Assembly: GCA_038916785.1 (NCBI GenBank)
Contig: JBCLBO010000001.1
Coordinates: forward strand, 1,676-65,675
Reading direction: 5' to 3'
Origin: Candidatus Hydrogenedentales bacterium
GTDB lineage: Bacteria > Hydrogenedentota > Hydrogenedentia > Hydrogenedentales > GCA-2746185
Length of the DNA stretch: 64,000 nt
Part shown: piece after piece, positions 22,070 to 31,065 of the stretch
How the letters are laid out: every line of letters starts with the position of its first letter
Position numbering within the stretch: the first letter of the stretch is position 1
Program-made: the position numbers and the translations under genes
Notes under the pieces: model-generated
Database searches by the model: none
The model's input: only the letters and a program-made list of their open reading frames with translations
What the model was told of the DNA's origin: nothing

Positions 22070-22851
22070 GGCGCGTAGCTCCCCGCGCGCACGATGAACG
22101 TGCCCGATTGAAGCTCCGGGCCATCGCCGAGCAGCGGCTCGAAGCGGTAGCGCCCCAGCGCGTCACCGGCAGAGCGGACGATCTCGTTGGCGTTCGAGAG
22201 TACATTGAAACCGCCCACGACTCTGCCGTCGCGATCCACTTGGAACACCAGCGTGAGCGGTTCCGGCAACGCCTCGGGCGCAAGGCCCCAGAGCGCGTCG
22301 ATCGGCGCGACGACGAGGACCTTGCGATCCTTGGGCGGCGAGAGCCACTCGATGTAGGCCTCGAAACCCGGCGCGGGCCGGCTGACGGGTGTTGGAGGGG
22401 CGGGGCGATCCTCCGGCGGGCCAAAGGTGAGCCGGGAAAGGGTCTGGCCGAGAGAGCCGAATCGGCTTTCACGGCCGCTCGGTCCGTCGCCGGCCGCTCC
22501 GGCGAAGAACTCGTCGTAGCGCGAGCGAGTCTCGAGCGCCTCCTGTCTCATGCGCAACTGGTCCAACTTTTCGAACTTTAGCGCGGGCAGTTCAATCGCG
22601 GGTAAGAGATCGGGCGGATCGGCCGGCGCGGCGCCGGTGAAGTCCGGCCCGGCGAGGCTGAGGCGATCCGGGGGCGCGGGATCGGCGGCGGGCATGGGTG
22701 GCGTTTCGCGGATGACGACGCTGAAATATTCGACGTCTTTATGGGGGAACGAGAAGACGATTCGGAACAGGGTGACGGCGGAGACGTGTAGGAGCAGCGA
22801 GAGCACGAGCGCGCGCGCGAAAATGCGGTCGCTGCGGCGCCGCGCGATCAT
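22066..22851 (-). CDS. TonB-like energy transducer
   Basis: N-terminal anchor (ALVLSLLLHVSAVTLF), a Pro-rich linker, and a C-terminal block LVFQVDRDGRVVGGFNVLSNANEIVRSAGDALGRYRFEPL resembling the TonB_C domain. Lies directly downstream of exbB-exbD and overlaps exbD by 4 nt. Confidence 0.6.
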   Translation of the reverse strand: MIARRRSDRIFARALVLSLLLHVSAVTLFRIVFSFPHKDVEYFSVVIRETPPMPAADPAPPDRLSLAGPDFTGAAPADPPDLLPAIELPALKFEKLDQLRMRQEALETRSRYDEFFAGAAGDGPSGRESRFGSLGQTLSRLTFGPPEDRPAPPTPVSRPAPGFEAYIEWLSPPKDRKVLVVAPIDALWGLAPEALPEPLTLVFQVDRDGRVVGGFNVLSNANEIVRSAGDALGRYRFEPLLGDGPELQSGTFIVRAGSYAP

Positions 22852-23288
22852 TTCGGGTCGTCGAAGGGTTGCGCGCCGATGCCGAGGCGTTTGATGCCTA
22901 CACTGTTGGCGATGCCGAGCACTTCGACGAGGCGGGCGGTGTCGGTGCGGGCATCGGTGCGCACGAGGAGTTGCAACTCGGGGCGCTTGCGGACTTCATC
23001 GGAGAGACGCTGCGTCAATGTCTTGATCGAATCGATCTCCTCCGTGTCAATGTAGATTTTCCCCTTGCCGCCGGGGCCGTCGGCGCCGTAGGCGAGCGTG
23101 ACGGAGAGGTCCTTCTGTTCGAGTTCGGTGGCGCCTTCGGCCTTGGGCATTTCGATCTTGATGGAACTCTGCACGACGAAGGTGGACGAGAGCATGAAGA
23201 AGAGGAGCAGATTGAACACGACGTCGATCATCGGCGTGAGATTGATCTCGGAGCCGGAGCGTTTCTTTCGCCGCTTGCGGAATTTCAT
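22848..23288 (-). CDS. exbD: Biopolymer transport protein ExbD/TolR
   Basis: INLTPMIDVVFNLLLFFM is the TM signature. 146 aa. Confidence 0.9.
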   Translation of the reverse strand: MKFRKRRKKRSGSEINLTPMIDVVFNLLLFFMLSSTFVVQSSIKIEMPKAEGATELEQKDLSVTLAYGADGPGGKGKIYIDTEEIDSIKTLTQRLSDEVRKRPELQLLVRTDARTDTARLVEVLGIANSVGIKRLGIGAQPFDDPK

Positions 23289-23297
23289 GGCGGGTCC

Positions 23298-23942
23298 TCA
23301 GCCGGCGCCGCGGGCGCGGTCTTTGGTGAGGAGATCGACGAGTTCGGAGGAGCTGACTTCCATTTCGAGCACCATGTTTTCGACGCGGCCGACGTAGTAC
23401 TTGTGGACGACGATGGTGGGGATGGCGACGGCGAGGCCGGCGAAAGTGGTGATGAGGGCGTTGCCGATGCCCTCGGCGAGGTCGCTGGGGTTGACGAGGC
23501 CCTGCTTGTAGCGGATTTGTTCGAAGGCGAGGAGCATGCCCTGGACCGTGCCGAGCAGCCCGAGCAGCGGACCGATGCCGGCGCAGGTGTCCAATGCGGA
23601 GAGGTAGCGTTCGAGCCGCGGAATTTCGAGGTTGCCGGCGTCTTCCAGCGCCTCGCGGATGTCTTCCTTGGGCCGGTCGTGCTTGAGCAGGCCGGCGCGG
23701 AGGATTCGCGCGACGGGCACGTCGGTCTCGTCGCAGATTTCGATGGCCTCTTGCGGGCGGCCCTGGCGGAGCACGGTGCGCATAGTGTCCATCAATTCGC
23801 GCGTGTCGATGGTCGCGCGGCGCAACACGAAGAAGCGCTCGATGGCGATGGCCAGCGCGATGATGGAGGTGGCGAGGATGGGCCACATGAGCACGCCGCC
23901 CGCGCGGAACCACTCGTAGACGCTCAGAGAATGACTGGGCAC
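23298..23942 (-). CDS. exbB: MotA/TolQ/ExbB proton-channel protein
   Basis: Three TM helices with the GPLLGLLGTVQGML signature. 214 aa. Confidence 0.9.
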   Translation of the reverse strand: MPSHSLSVYEWFRAGGVLMWPILATSIIALAIAIERFFVLRRATIDTRELMDTMRTVLRQGRPQEAIEICDETDVPVARILRAGLLKHDRPKEDIREALEDAGNLEIPRLERYLSALDTCAGIGPLLGLLGTVQGMLLAFEQIRYKQGLVNPSDLAEGIGNALITTFAGLAVAIPTIVVHKYYVGRVENMVLEMEVSSSELVDLLTKDRARGAG

Positions 23943-23969
23943 GCGGCCTTCCCCCTGGGGTCGCCCGGC

Positions 23970-24869
23970 TTAGTGGGTGACCAGCGTGCCCAGGCCAGCC
24001 TGCGTGAAGATTTCGACGAGGAGGGCGTGCGGCACGCGCCCGTCAATTATATGAGTGCGGCGCACGCCGTAATCAAGTGCCTTGTGGCAGGCTTCAATCT
24101 TGGGGATCATGCCGCCGGCGATGACGCCGTGCTTGGTGAGTTCTTCGACTTCGGCGTAGCGCAGGTGGCGAATCAGGGAGCTTTCGTCGTTCACTTCGCG
24201 CAGTAGGCCGGGTTGATCGGTGAGGAAGATGAGTTTTTCCGCCGTGATGGCGGCGGCGATTTCGCCAGCGGCCGTGTCGGCGTTCACGTTCCAGGTGCGG
24301 CCTTCGGTGTCGGTGGCGATCGACGCGATGACGGGGATCATGTCGTTCGCGCAGAGGACCTGGATGATCTTGAAATGGACGGTGACGATCTCGCCGACGT
24401 TGCCGAGATCGACACCGTCTTCGCTGACGAGTTTGCGCGCGTGGAGCAGGTTGGCGTCTTTGCCGCAGAGGCCCACGGCCTCGCCGCCGGCTTTGTTGAT
24501 GAGGGCGACGATGTCCTTGTTCGTGCTGCCGGCGAGGACCATTTCGACGATGGCGATGGTGTCGTTGTCGGTGATGCGCAGTCCACCGTGGAATTTGGAC
24601 GGGATGTTCAGCCGCTGGAGCATGCGCGTGATTTCGGGGCCGCCGCCGTGCACGACGACCGGATTGATGCCGACGTATTTCATCAGCACGATGTCTTCGG
24701 CGGTGAGCCGGCGGATGGCGGGGTCTTCCATGGCCGCGCCGCCGTACTTGATGACGATGGTCTTGCCGGCGAACTCGCGGATGTACGGGAGTGCCTCGAC
24801 GAGGACGCCGGCCTTCTGGATGAAGGCCTTCATTTGCTTGGACGAGAGGGCGTCTGAGGATTCGCTCAT
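23970..24869 (-). CDS. argB: Acetylglutamate kinase
   Basis: VIKYGGAAM and VVVHGGGPEI motifs. 299 aa. Confidence 0.95.
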   Translation of the reverse strand: MSESSDALSSKQMKAFIQKAGVLVEALPYIREFAGKTIVIKYGGAAMEDPAIRRLTAEDIVLMKYVGINPVVVHGGGPEITRMLQRLNIPSKFHGGLRITDNDTIAIVEMVLAGSTNKDIVALINKAGGEAVGLCGKDANLLHARKLVSEDGVDLGNVGEIVTVHFKIIQVLCANDMIPVIASIATDTEGRTWNVNADTAAGEIAAAITAEKLIFLTDQPGLLREVNDESSLIRHLRYAEVEELTKHGVIAGGMIPKIEACHKALDYGVRRTHIIDGRVPHALLVEIFTQAGLGTLVTH

Positions 24870-26075
24870 TTAGGTCCGGTAGTCCGCGTTGATGCTGACG
24901 TAGTCGTGGCTGAGGTCCGAGGTCCAGAACACGGCGTCGCCCGGGCCGTCGCCGAGATTGACCGTGATGGTGAATTCCGGCTTGCGCATGACGGCGGCGG
25001 CGTCCTCCTCGGCGTAGGCCGCGCCGATCCCTGCCTTGCAGACTTGCACATCGCCCAGCCAGATGTCGAGTTCGCCGGGGTCGAAATCCACGCCGGCGTA
25101 GCCCGCCGCGCAGGCGATCCGGCCCCAGTTCGGGTCCTGACCGAAGAAGGCGGTCTTGCAGAGCATGGAATTGCCGATGGACCGCGCGACGGTTTTCGCG
25201 TCGCCGCCGGACTGCGCGCCGCGGACGAGAATTTCGACGACTTTCGTGACGCCCTCGCCGTCCTTGACGATCCAGAGCGCCATGTCTTTGCAGAGCTGCG
25301 CGAGCGCTTCGCCGAATTCCTCGCGCTCCTTCGAGCGCGCGCCGATGGCAGGCACGCCGCTGGCCCCGTTCGCCAGGATGAGCACCGTGTCGCTCGTGCT
25401 CATGTCGTTGTCGATGCCGATCCGGTTGAAGGACTGCTCGACCGCGTCGAAGAGCAGGCTGTGCAGCACCTCGGGCGCGAAGGCGGCGTCGGTGGTGAGG
25501 ACGCAGATCATCGTCGCCATGTTCGGCGAGATCATTCCCGCGCCCTTCGCGATCGCGCCGATGCGCACCGGCCGGCCGCCGAGCGTGATTTCAATCGCGC
25601 GTTCCTTCGCCGTTTTGTCCGTCGTCATGATCGCTTCGGCCGCGTCCGGGCCGCCATCCCGCGAGAGCGCGGCGGCGCAGCCGTCTACACCCTTCACAAT
25701 TCGATCCATCGGCAGCGGCACGCCGATGACGCCGGTGCTCAGGATGCAGACCTGGTCCGGCTCGATGCCGAGCTTGCCGCCGACGCGATTGGCCGTCGCG
25801 CGGACGTCGTCCATGCCGCGCTTGCCGGTGGCGGCGTTCGCATTGCCGCTGTTGGCGAAGACGGCGCGCGCGGCTTCGCGCAGGCACAGCGACTGGTTCC
25901 AGATGACCGGGGGAGACTTGAGGATGTTTCGCGTGAACATGCCGGCGACTTCGGCGACGCGATCGCTCAAGATGAGCCCGCAGTCGCGCTTCTTGGACGT
26001 GAGTTTGATCGATGCGTTCACGCCCGAGGCGGAGAAGCCTTGCGGCGCGCAGATTCCGCCGTGGACCTGATTCAT
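24870..26075 (-). CDS. argJ: Bifunctional glutamate N-acetyltransferase / amino-acid acetyltransferase ArgJ
   Basis: Starts MNQVHGGICAPQGF. Autoprocessing site PNMATMICVLTTDA. ATG at 26075 overlaps the argC stop (ATGA). Confidence 0.95.
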   Translation of the reverse strand: MNQVHGGICAPQGFSASGVNASIKLTSKKRDCGLILSDRVAEVAGMFTRNILKSPPVIWNQSLCLREAARAVFANSGNANAATGKRGMDDVRATANRVGGKLGIEPDQVCILSTGVIGVPLPMDRIVKGVDGCAAALSRDGGPDAAEAIMTTDKTAKERAIEITLGGRPVRIGAIAKGAGMISPNMATMICVLTTDAAFAPEVLHSLLFDAVEQSFNRIGIDNDMSTSDTVLILANGASGVPAIGARSKEREEFGEALAQLCKDMALWIVKDGEGVTKVVEILVRGAQSGGDAKTVARSIGNSMLCKTAFFGQDPNWGRIACAAGYAGVDFDPGELDIWLGDVQVCKAGIGAAYAEEDAAAVMRKPEFTITVNLGDGPGDAVFWTSDLSHDYVSINADYRT

Positions 26076-27085
26076 ACGGTCATCCCCCCGAAGAGGAGGC
26101 CGTCCGTCTCGGGGAGGCCGAACATCAGGTTCATGCACTGGATCGCCATGCCGGCTGTGCCGCCCATGAGGTTGTCCACGGCGCTGACGATAATAAGATT
26201 GCCCGTGCGCGCGTCGGGTATCCAGCCGAAATCGACGAAATTCGTCGCGCGCACGCTGGTGACTTCAGGGAAATTGCCTTCGCCGAGCACGCGCACGAAT
26301 GGCTCGTCCTTATATATGGAGTAGCAGGCGGCAAGATCAACTTTCGCGGTCGGGCGGACCGTGATCGTGCTGAGGATGCCGCGCGTATACGGACCGACGT
26401 GCGGCGTGAATTGCACCTGGAATCCGCCGCCGAGCTCCTGTTCGATCTCGGGCGTGTGCCGGTGGCTGGTGACGCCGTAGGCCCAGACGTTCTCGTTCAT
26501 CTCGGGGAAGTGGAAGTGTTGCTTCATGCCCCGGCCCGCGCCGGAGACGCCCGAGACAGAATCGATCACGACGGGGACGGAAGGCTTGGCGAGTTTGAGG
26601 AGCGGGAGTAGCGGCACGAGCGCGCTGATCGGATAGCAGCCGGGCCCCGCGACGAGGTTGGCTTTCTTGATTTGCTCGCGGTAAGCCGGCACGAGGCCGT
26701 ATATGCTTTCCTTGAGCAGCGCGGGGGCCGTGTGCTCGACCTTGTAGGTCGCCTTCCACTGCGCGGGGTCCTTGAGCCGGAAGTCCGGGCCAATGTCGAT
26801 GACCCGCGCGCCCGCCGCGCGAAGGGCGGCGACCACGGGCATGCTCTCCGTGCCAGGCGCGCCGACGAAGACCACGTCGCACTTCTTCGCGAGTGCGGGA
26901 GCGTCGAAGGTCTCGAGCACGACGTCGCTGAGCTTGCCAAAGCCGGGCACGGCGTCGGTCAGCGGCTGGCCGGCGGCGGTCGTCGAGGCGGCGGCCACCA
27001 GTTTGGCCTGCGGATGGGCGCAGAGCAGGCGCAGCAGTTCGCGCCCGCCGTACCCCGTCACGCCGACAATGCCTACACGTATCAC
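26072..27085 (-). CDS. argC: N-acetyl-gamma-glutamyl-phosphate reductase
   Basis: IRVGIVGVTGYGGRELLRLL Rossmann N-terminus and active-site GPGCYPIS. The likely start is GTG at 27085; the ORF track starts at 27169. Confidence 0.92.
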   Translation of the reverse strand: MIRVGIVGVTGYGGRELLRLLCAHPQAKLVAAASTTAAGQPLTDAVPGFGKLSDVVLETFDAPALAKKCDVVFVGAPGTESMPVVAALRAAGARVIDIGPDFRLKDPAQWKATYKVEHTAPALLKESIYGLVPAYREQIKKANLVAGPGCYPISALVPLLPLLKLAKPSVPVVIDSVSGVSGAGRGMKQHFHFPEMNENVWAYGVTSHRHTPEIEQELGGGFQVQFTPHVGPYTRGILSTITVRPTAKVDLAACYSIYKDEPFVRVLGEGNFPEVTSVRATNFVDFGWIPDARTGNLIIVSAVDNLMGGTAGMAIQCMNLMFGLPETDGLLFGGMTV

Positions 27086-27251
27086 GTCTGGACTCCGTGG
27101 GAAGGCGCGGATTATAGCGACCGTTTTCCGATTCGTGCAAACCCTTCGGGTTACAAGTGGGGAGCCCATGCGTACTTAATCGCCGATCCCAAGTTTCAGA
27201 CTTCTTGATCTCCGCAACTGTTGATCTGGGTTTTGTGCCCCGGTAGGGGCA

Positions 27252-27664
27252 CTTGATAGTAGCCCGGCACTTCAGTGCCGGGTTTGAAGGAACCTAATAC
27301 TTGAAGTCCCGTAGGGACGGCTGAAGGGGCAAATCATGTTTTCAGCCGTCCCTCCGGGACTCAGTCTTTCCATCTGTCGTCGAAACCCGGCGTTGAAGGG
27401 CGTGTTGCCCAAACGATCCGACTTGCCTGGAGAGACGTGACAGGCCTCTTTGGACTGCGGCAGCGATAGCTGCCGCTTTACTGAGCCCAGCGGAGCTGGG
27501 CGTCGTCGCGCCGGAATCCCCGTTTTTTGTGTGCACTGCGCCGGAGCAAGCTCCCGGCGCGAAAGCGGCAGCTATCGCTGCCGCAGTCCAAAGAAGTCCG
27601 AGTCGTTGAATTTCCGCGCCGTAGGTTTGGGCAACACGCCCTGAAACGCCGGGCTACTATCAAG
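27252..27664. repeat. Nested inverted-repeat / multi-hairpin block (MITE- or REP-cluster-like)
   Basis: The outer perfect 17-bp IR is CTTGATAGTAGCCCGGC (27252-27268) paired with 27648-27664. A middle IR pairs roughly 27386-27414 with 27625-27653. The inner 32-bp IR pairs 27447-27479 with 27562-27593, and each of its arms is itself a hairpin (GCGGCAGCGATAGCTGCCGC). Confidence 0.85.
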
Positions 27665-27778
27665 CTGTCCCTCCGGGACGCAAACCCAAGCCGATCTTCA
27701 GGCTTTCCGGTGTTTTCGGAACAAAGATTTTTTTCGGGGCGCATTGCGTGGCATCCGTCGCGCGCGTAGTCTACTTGT

Positions 27779-29092
27779 ATGAGCCAGGATTTATTCGAAC
27801 ATTCGGCGGCGGCCCGGCTGCGCAAGGAGGCGCCGCTGCCGCGCCGGGTTGCGCCGCGGACCTTGGATGAGATCGCGGGGCAAGAGCATATCCTTGGGCC
27901 GGGAAGGTTGCTGCGGCGGGCGATCGAGGCGGATCGGATCACGTCGATCATTCTGTTCGGGCCGCCGGGATCGGGAAAGACTGCCCTGGCGCGGCTGATC
28001 GCGATGCGCACGAAGGCGGCGTTTGAGAATCTGAACGCCGTGACGAGCGGCGTGAAGGACGTGCGCGAGGTGATCGAGCGCGCAAAGCAGCGGCGCGTGC
28101 AGGACGGGCGGCGGACGATCCTGTTCGTGGACGAGATTCACCGCTTCAACCGTTCGCAGCAGGACGCGCTACTGCCGGATGTCGAAAACGGAAACATCAT
28201 TCTGATCGGCGCGACTACGGAGAACCCATTCTTCTCGATCGTGTCGCCGCTGCTGTCGCGATCGCAGTTGTTTGAGTTCAAGCAGCTCAGCGAAGAGGCC
28301 GTGCAGGGGTTATTGCGCCGCGCGCTGACGCACCCCGAGCGCGGGTTGGACGAACTTCAGGTCGAAGTGGACGATGCGGCGATCGAACACATTGCGCGGT
28401 ACTCCGAAGGCGACGCGCGGCGGGCGCTGAACGCGCTCGAGATCGCGATGCTCACGACGCCGCCGCAGGACGGGCGCATCCGCATCACGGCGCAGATCGC
28501 GGCGGAATCCATCCAGAAGAAAATCATGCACTACGACGGGACCGGCGACGAGCACTACGACGCGGCCTCGGCCTTCATCAAGAGTATGCGCGGGTCGAAC
28601 CCGGACTCTGCCCTGTATTGGATGGCGCGGATGATGGAGGCGGGCGACGAGCCGCGGTTCATCGCGCGGCGCATGTGTATCTTCGCGTCGGAGGACGTGG
28701 GCAATGCGGACCCGATGGGCCTGGTGCTGGCGACGAGCGCGGCGCAGGCCTGCGAATTCATCGGTATGCCCGAGGCCCGGATCATCCTCGCGCACGCGGC
28801 GACCTATCTGGCGTCCGCGCCGAAGAGCAACGCGAGCTACCTGGCGATCGAGCAGGCGCTGGAGGACGTGAAGGCGAAAAAGACCATCGCCGTGCCGAGT
28901 CATTTGCGCGACGGCGGATCGCGCGGCCAGGAAATCGGCCGCGGGATCGGGTATCAGTATCCCCACGATTTCGCGGGCGGCTTCGTCGCGCAAGAGTACG
29001 GCGTGCCGCTGGGGACCTATTATCAGCCGACCGATCATGGCAAGGAGGCCGAGATTAAACAGCGCCTCGACGGATTAAAACGCGACACGTAG
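27779..29092 (+). CDS. rarA: Replication-associated recombination protein A (RarA/MgsA)
   Basis: Walker A GPPGSGKTALA, Walker B ILFVDEIHRFN, and C-terminal MgsA block YWMARMMEAGDEPRFIARRM. Confidence 0.93.
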   Translation: MSQDLFEHSAAARLRKEAPLPRRVAPRTLDEIAGQEHILGPGRLLRRAIEADRITSIILFGPPGSGKTALARLIAMRTKAAFENLNAVTSGVKDVREVIERAKQRRVQDGRRTILFVDEIHRFNRSQQDALLPDVENGNIILIGATTENPFFSIVSPLLSRSQLFEFKQLSEEAVQGLLRRALTHPERGLDELQVEVDDAAIEHIARYSEGDARRALNALEIAMLTTPPQDGRIRITAQIAAESIQKKIMHYDGTGDEHYDAASAFIKSMRGSNPDSALYWMARMMEAGDEPRFIARRMCIFASEDVGNADPMGLVLATSAAQACEFIGMPEARIILAHAATYLASAPKSNASYLAIEQALEDVKAKKTIAVPSHLRDGGSRGQEIGRGIGYQYPHDFAGGFVAQEYGVPLGTYYQPTDHGKEAEIKQRLDGLKRDT

Positions 29093-29281
29093 GGGCGGCC
29101 CCCCGTGGCCGCCCTCGGGTTCGTTGCGTGATGAGTGATCGCGGGTGGGCATAGGGCGGCCGCCCTCGGGTTCGTTGCGTGATGCGTGATCGCGGGTGGG
29201 CACAGGGCGGCGACCCTCGGGTTCGTTGCGTGATGAGTGATCGCGGGTGGGCATAGGGCGGCCACGGGGGGCCGCCCCTAC
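29089..29281. repeat. REP family D doublet whose spacer is expanded by 3 tandem ~51-bp units
   Basis: The arms at 29089-29115 and 29255-29281 carry the same sequence as at 14459-14538. The interior holds units of GCCCTCGGGTTCGTTGCGTGATG[A/C]GTGATCGCGGGTGGGCA[T/C]AGGGCGGC starting at 29111, 29162 and 29212. The rarA stop codon lies inside the left arm. Confidence 0.85.
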
Positions 29282-29376
29282 AGTTGGTTTCGGGCGCGAT
29301 TTCACTTGGCGTGGTAAACTTTAGGTGCAGAGTTTGACGTGTTCCTGGCCGGGGGACGGCCGGGTATTACGGGGGA

Positions 29377-30864
29377 ATGGGGACGGTGAAGGAGCCATCC
29401 GGCGCCGAGCGGCGCACTGCGGAGCGCATCCAGACGCACCACCATGTGGTGTTCTCGGAGTCGCGCGCGCTGGGCCCGCTGCGGACGGGCGTCGCGTCCG
29501 ATCGATCGAGCGGTGGATTGCGCATCATCACGCCGCATCCGGAGCCCCTGGGTACGACGCTGCTGATCGAACTGCGGACTTCCGCGAACTCGAGTTCGGT
29601 GCTACTGCTCGAGGGCCGCGTGGTCCACATCACGCCCGCGGAGAAGGGCCAGCACGCGATGGGCATTCGCCTGATCCAGCCGACGCTTCGGCCCGGCGCG
29701 GCCTTGCCGGTGCGCCAAGGGCGTGCGGCAGCGCCGACGATGGCGGCGTCCGTGCGAGTCTCGCCGCGCCCCGTGGCCGCGCCGATGGGCATGGCGCCGG
29801 ACTTGGAGATGACGGAGGCGGTCACGTTTCGCCGGATCGAGGACGGCGGCCGGCCGGGATCGTGGGTGGCGCTACTCGCGATTCTCGCACTCGTCGTCAT
29901 TTTGATTTTGTTGATCGTCGAAGCGATGCGCGAACGCGAGCGCGTCGGTTGGATCGGCCTGCTGGAGCGTTTCCATTTGGACGGGCTTTTCGCGAAGAGC
30001 GCGCCGGAATCCGAGGGGCCGGGATCGGGCGCAGCATCGGAATCGAAAACGTCAATGGACACAGAGACTACGCCTGGGGACACGCAGGCGCCCGTTGGCG
30101 CGCGCGGCGAGTTGCAGCCGCACCGGGTGACGGGTGTCGCGCCTGCGGTGGGCGCGCCGGAGTTGCTCGATGCGTTTAGCGGCGCGGCGACGTTCGCCGG
30201 CGCGCCGCCGGAATTGCGCGGGAGCGCGCCTCTCTCCGCGTCCGGATTCGCGGCGATGCTCGCGTACGCCGATCGCGCCGCGGCGCGAGGTGAGACGAGC
30301 CTGGCGCGCGCCGTCGTGCGCCGCGCGATGGCTAGATCGGATGGAGTGCCTGCGGCGTGGGTGGAACTCGGCGCGGAATACCGTGGCACCCTTGAATTGG
30401 GCGGCGAGATCGCGCCGGCGTATCCCTTGAGTGAAGAGATTGGATTCGACGCGGCTGGTCCCCCGGAGGGCATGCCCACGGATGTGCGGATCGAAGTCGA
30501 CACGAGCGATCATCTGATGCGCGTGTGGCGCAGCGACCAGGCGCTCGCGGAATTTCCGGTCGGGCTTGGGCGCGACGGCGCGACTCCGCACGGGGAATTT
30601 CGCATCGGGTCGAAGGCGCGCCGGCCGGATTGGTATCACGGCGGCCGCGTGGTGCCTGCGGGCGATCCCGGCAACCCGATCGGCGAGCAGTGGCTGGGCC
30701 TGGCACGGGACGGCGCGCGTACGGGCATCGGCATCCACCCAACGGAGCATCCGTCGTCCATCGGCGCGGACCAGAGCCTGGGTTGCGTGCGGATGCGGCC
30801 GGAAGATGCCGAGGCGCTGTACCGGCTCGTGCCGCTCGGCGCGAGGGTCACCATCCATCCCTGA
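29377..30864 (+). CDS. PilZ domain - TM helix - L,D-transpeptidase (YkuD) fusion protein
   Basis: The N-terminus has PilZ c-di-GMP motifs RxxxR (RRTAER) and DxSxxG (DRSSGG). TM helix WVALLAILALVVILILLIV. The C-terminus reads GIGIHPTEHPSSIGADQSLGCVRMRPEDAEALY, giving the YkuD His plus the SxGC(V/I)R(M/L) catalytic Cys. Confidence 0.75.
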   Translation: MGTVKEPSGAERRTAERIQTHHHVVFSESRALGPLRTGVASDRSSGGLRIITPHPEPLGTTLLIELRTSANSSSVLLLEGRVVHITPAEKGQHAMGIRLIQPTLRPGAALPVRQGRAAAPTMAASVRVSPRPVAAPMGMAPDLEMTEAVTFRRIEDGGRPGSWVALLAILALVVILILLIVEAMRERERVGWIGLLERFHLDGLFAKSAPESEGPGSGAASESKTSMDTETTPGDTQAPVGARGELQPHRVTGVAPAVGAPELLDAFSGAATFAGAPPELRGSAPLSASGFAAMLAYADRAAARGETSLARAVVRRAMARSDGVPAAWVELGAEYRGTLELGGEIAPAYPLSEEIGFDAAGPPEGMPTDVRIEVDTSDHLMRVWRSDQALAEFPVGLGRDGATPHGEFRIGSKARRPDWYHGGRVVPAGDPGNPIGEQWLGLARDGARTGIGIHPTEHPSSIGADQSLGCVRMRPEDAEALYRLVPLGARVTIHP

Positions 30865-31065
30865 ATTATCTTGCAAGCCGTTCGGAGGGTAGCTGTCTAC
30901 TGGATGAGCCGCGGGTTGTTCGATTCGTTGCTCGTGTTACCGGGGGGGAGATTCTTCGCTACCGCTCAGAATGACAAAGGTTTTTTCTTCTTGTTTGAAC
31001 TGAAGTGCCTAGGAAGAAGATCCAAAGAGTTGTGACCGTTGCCGGGGCAGGCATAGCATAGGGCC

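Noticed and set aside
22869-26324. Long + strand ORFs (22869-24206, 24213-24873, 24906-26324) across the exb/arg region
   Set aside because: All are antisense to well-supported exbD/exbB/argB/argJ genes, and their G/D/E/A/R-rich sequences have no recognisable domains.
29111-29262. Possible CRISPR array suggested by regularly repeated ~51-bp units
   Set aside because: The units are directly adjacent with no unique spacers, there are only three copies, and no cas genes are nearby. The locus is a tandem expansion inside a REP doublet.
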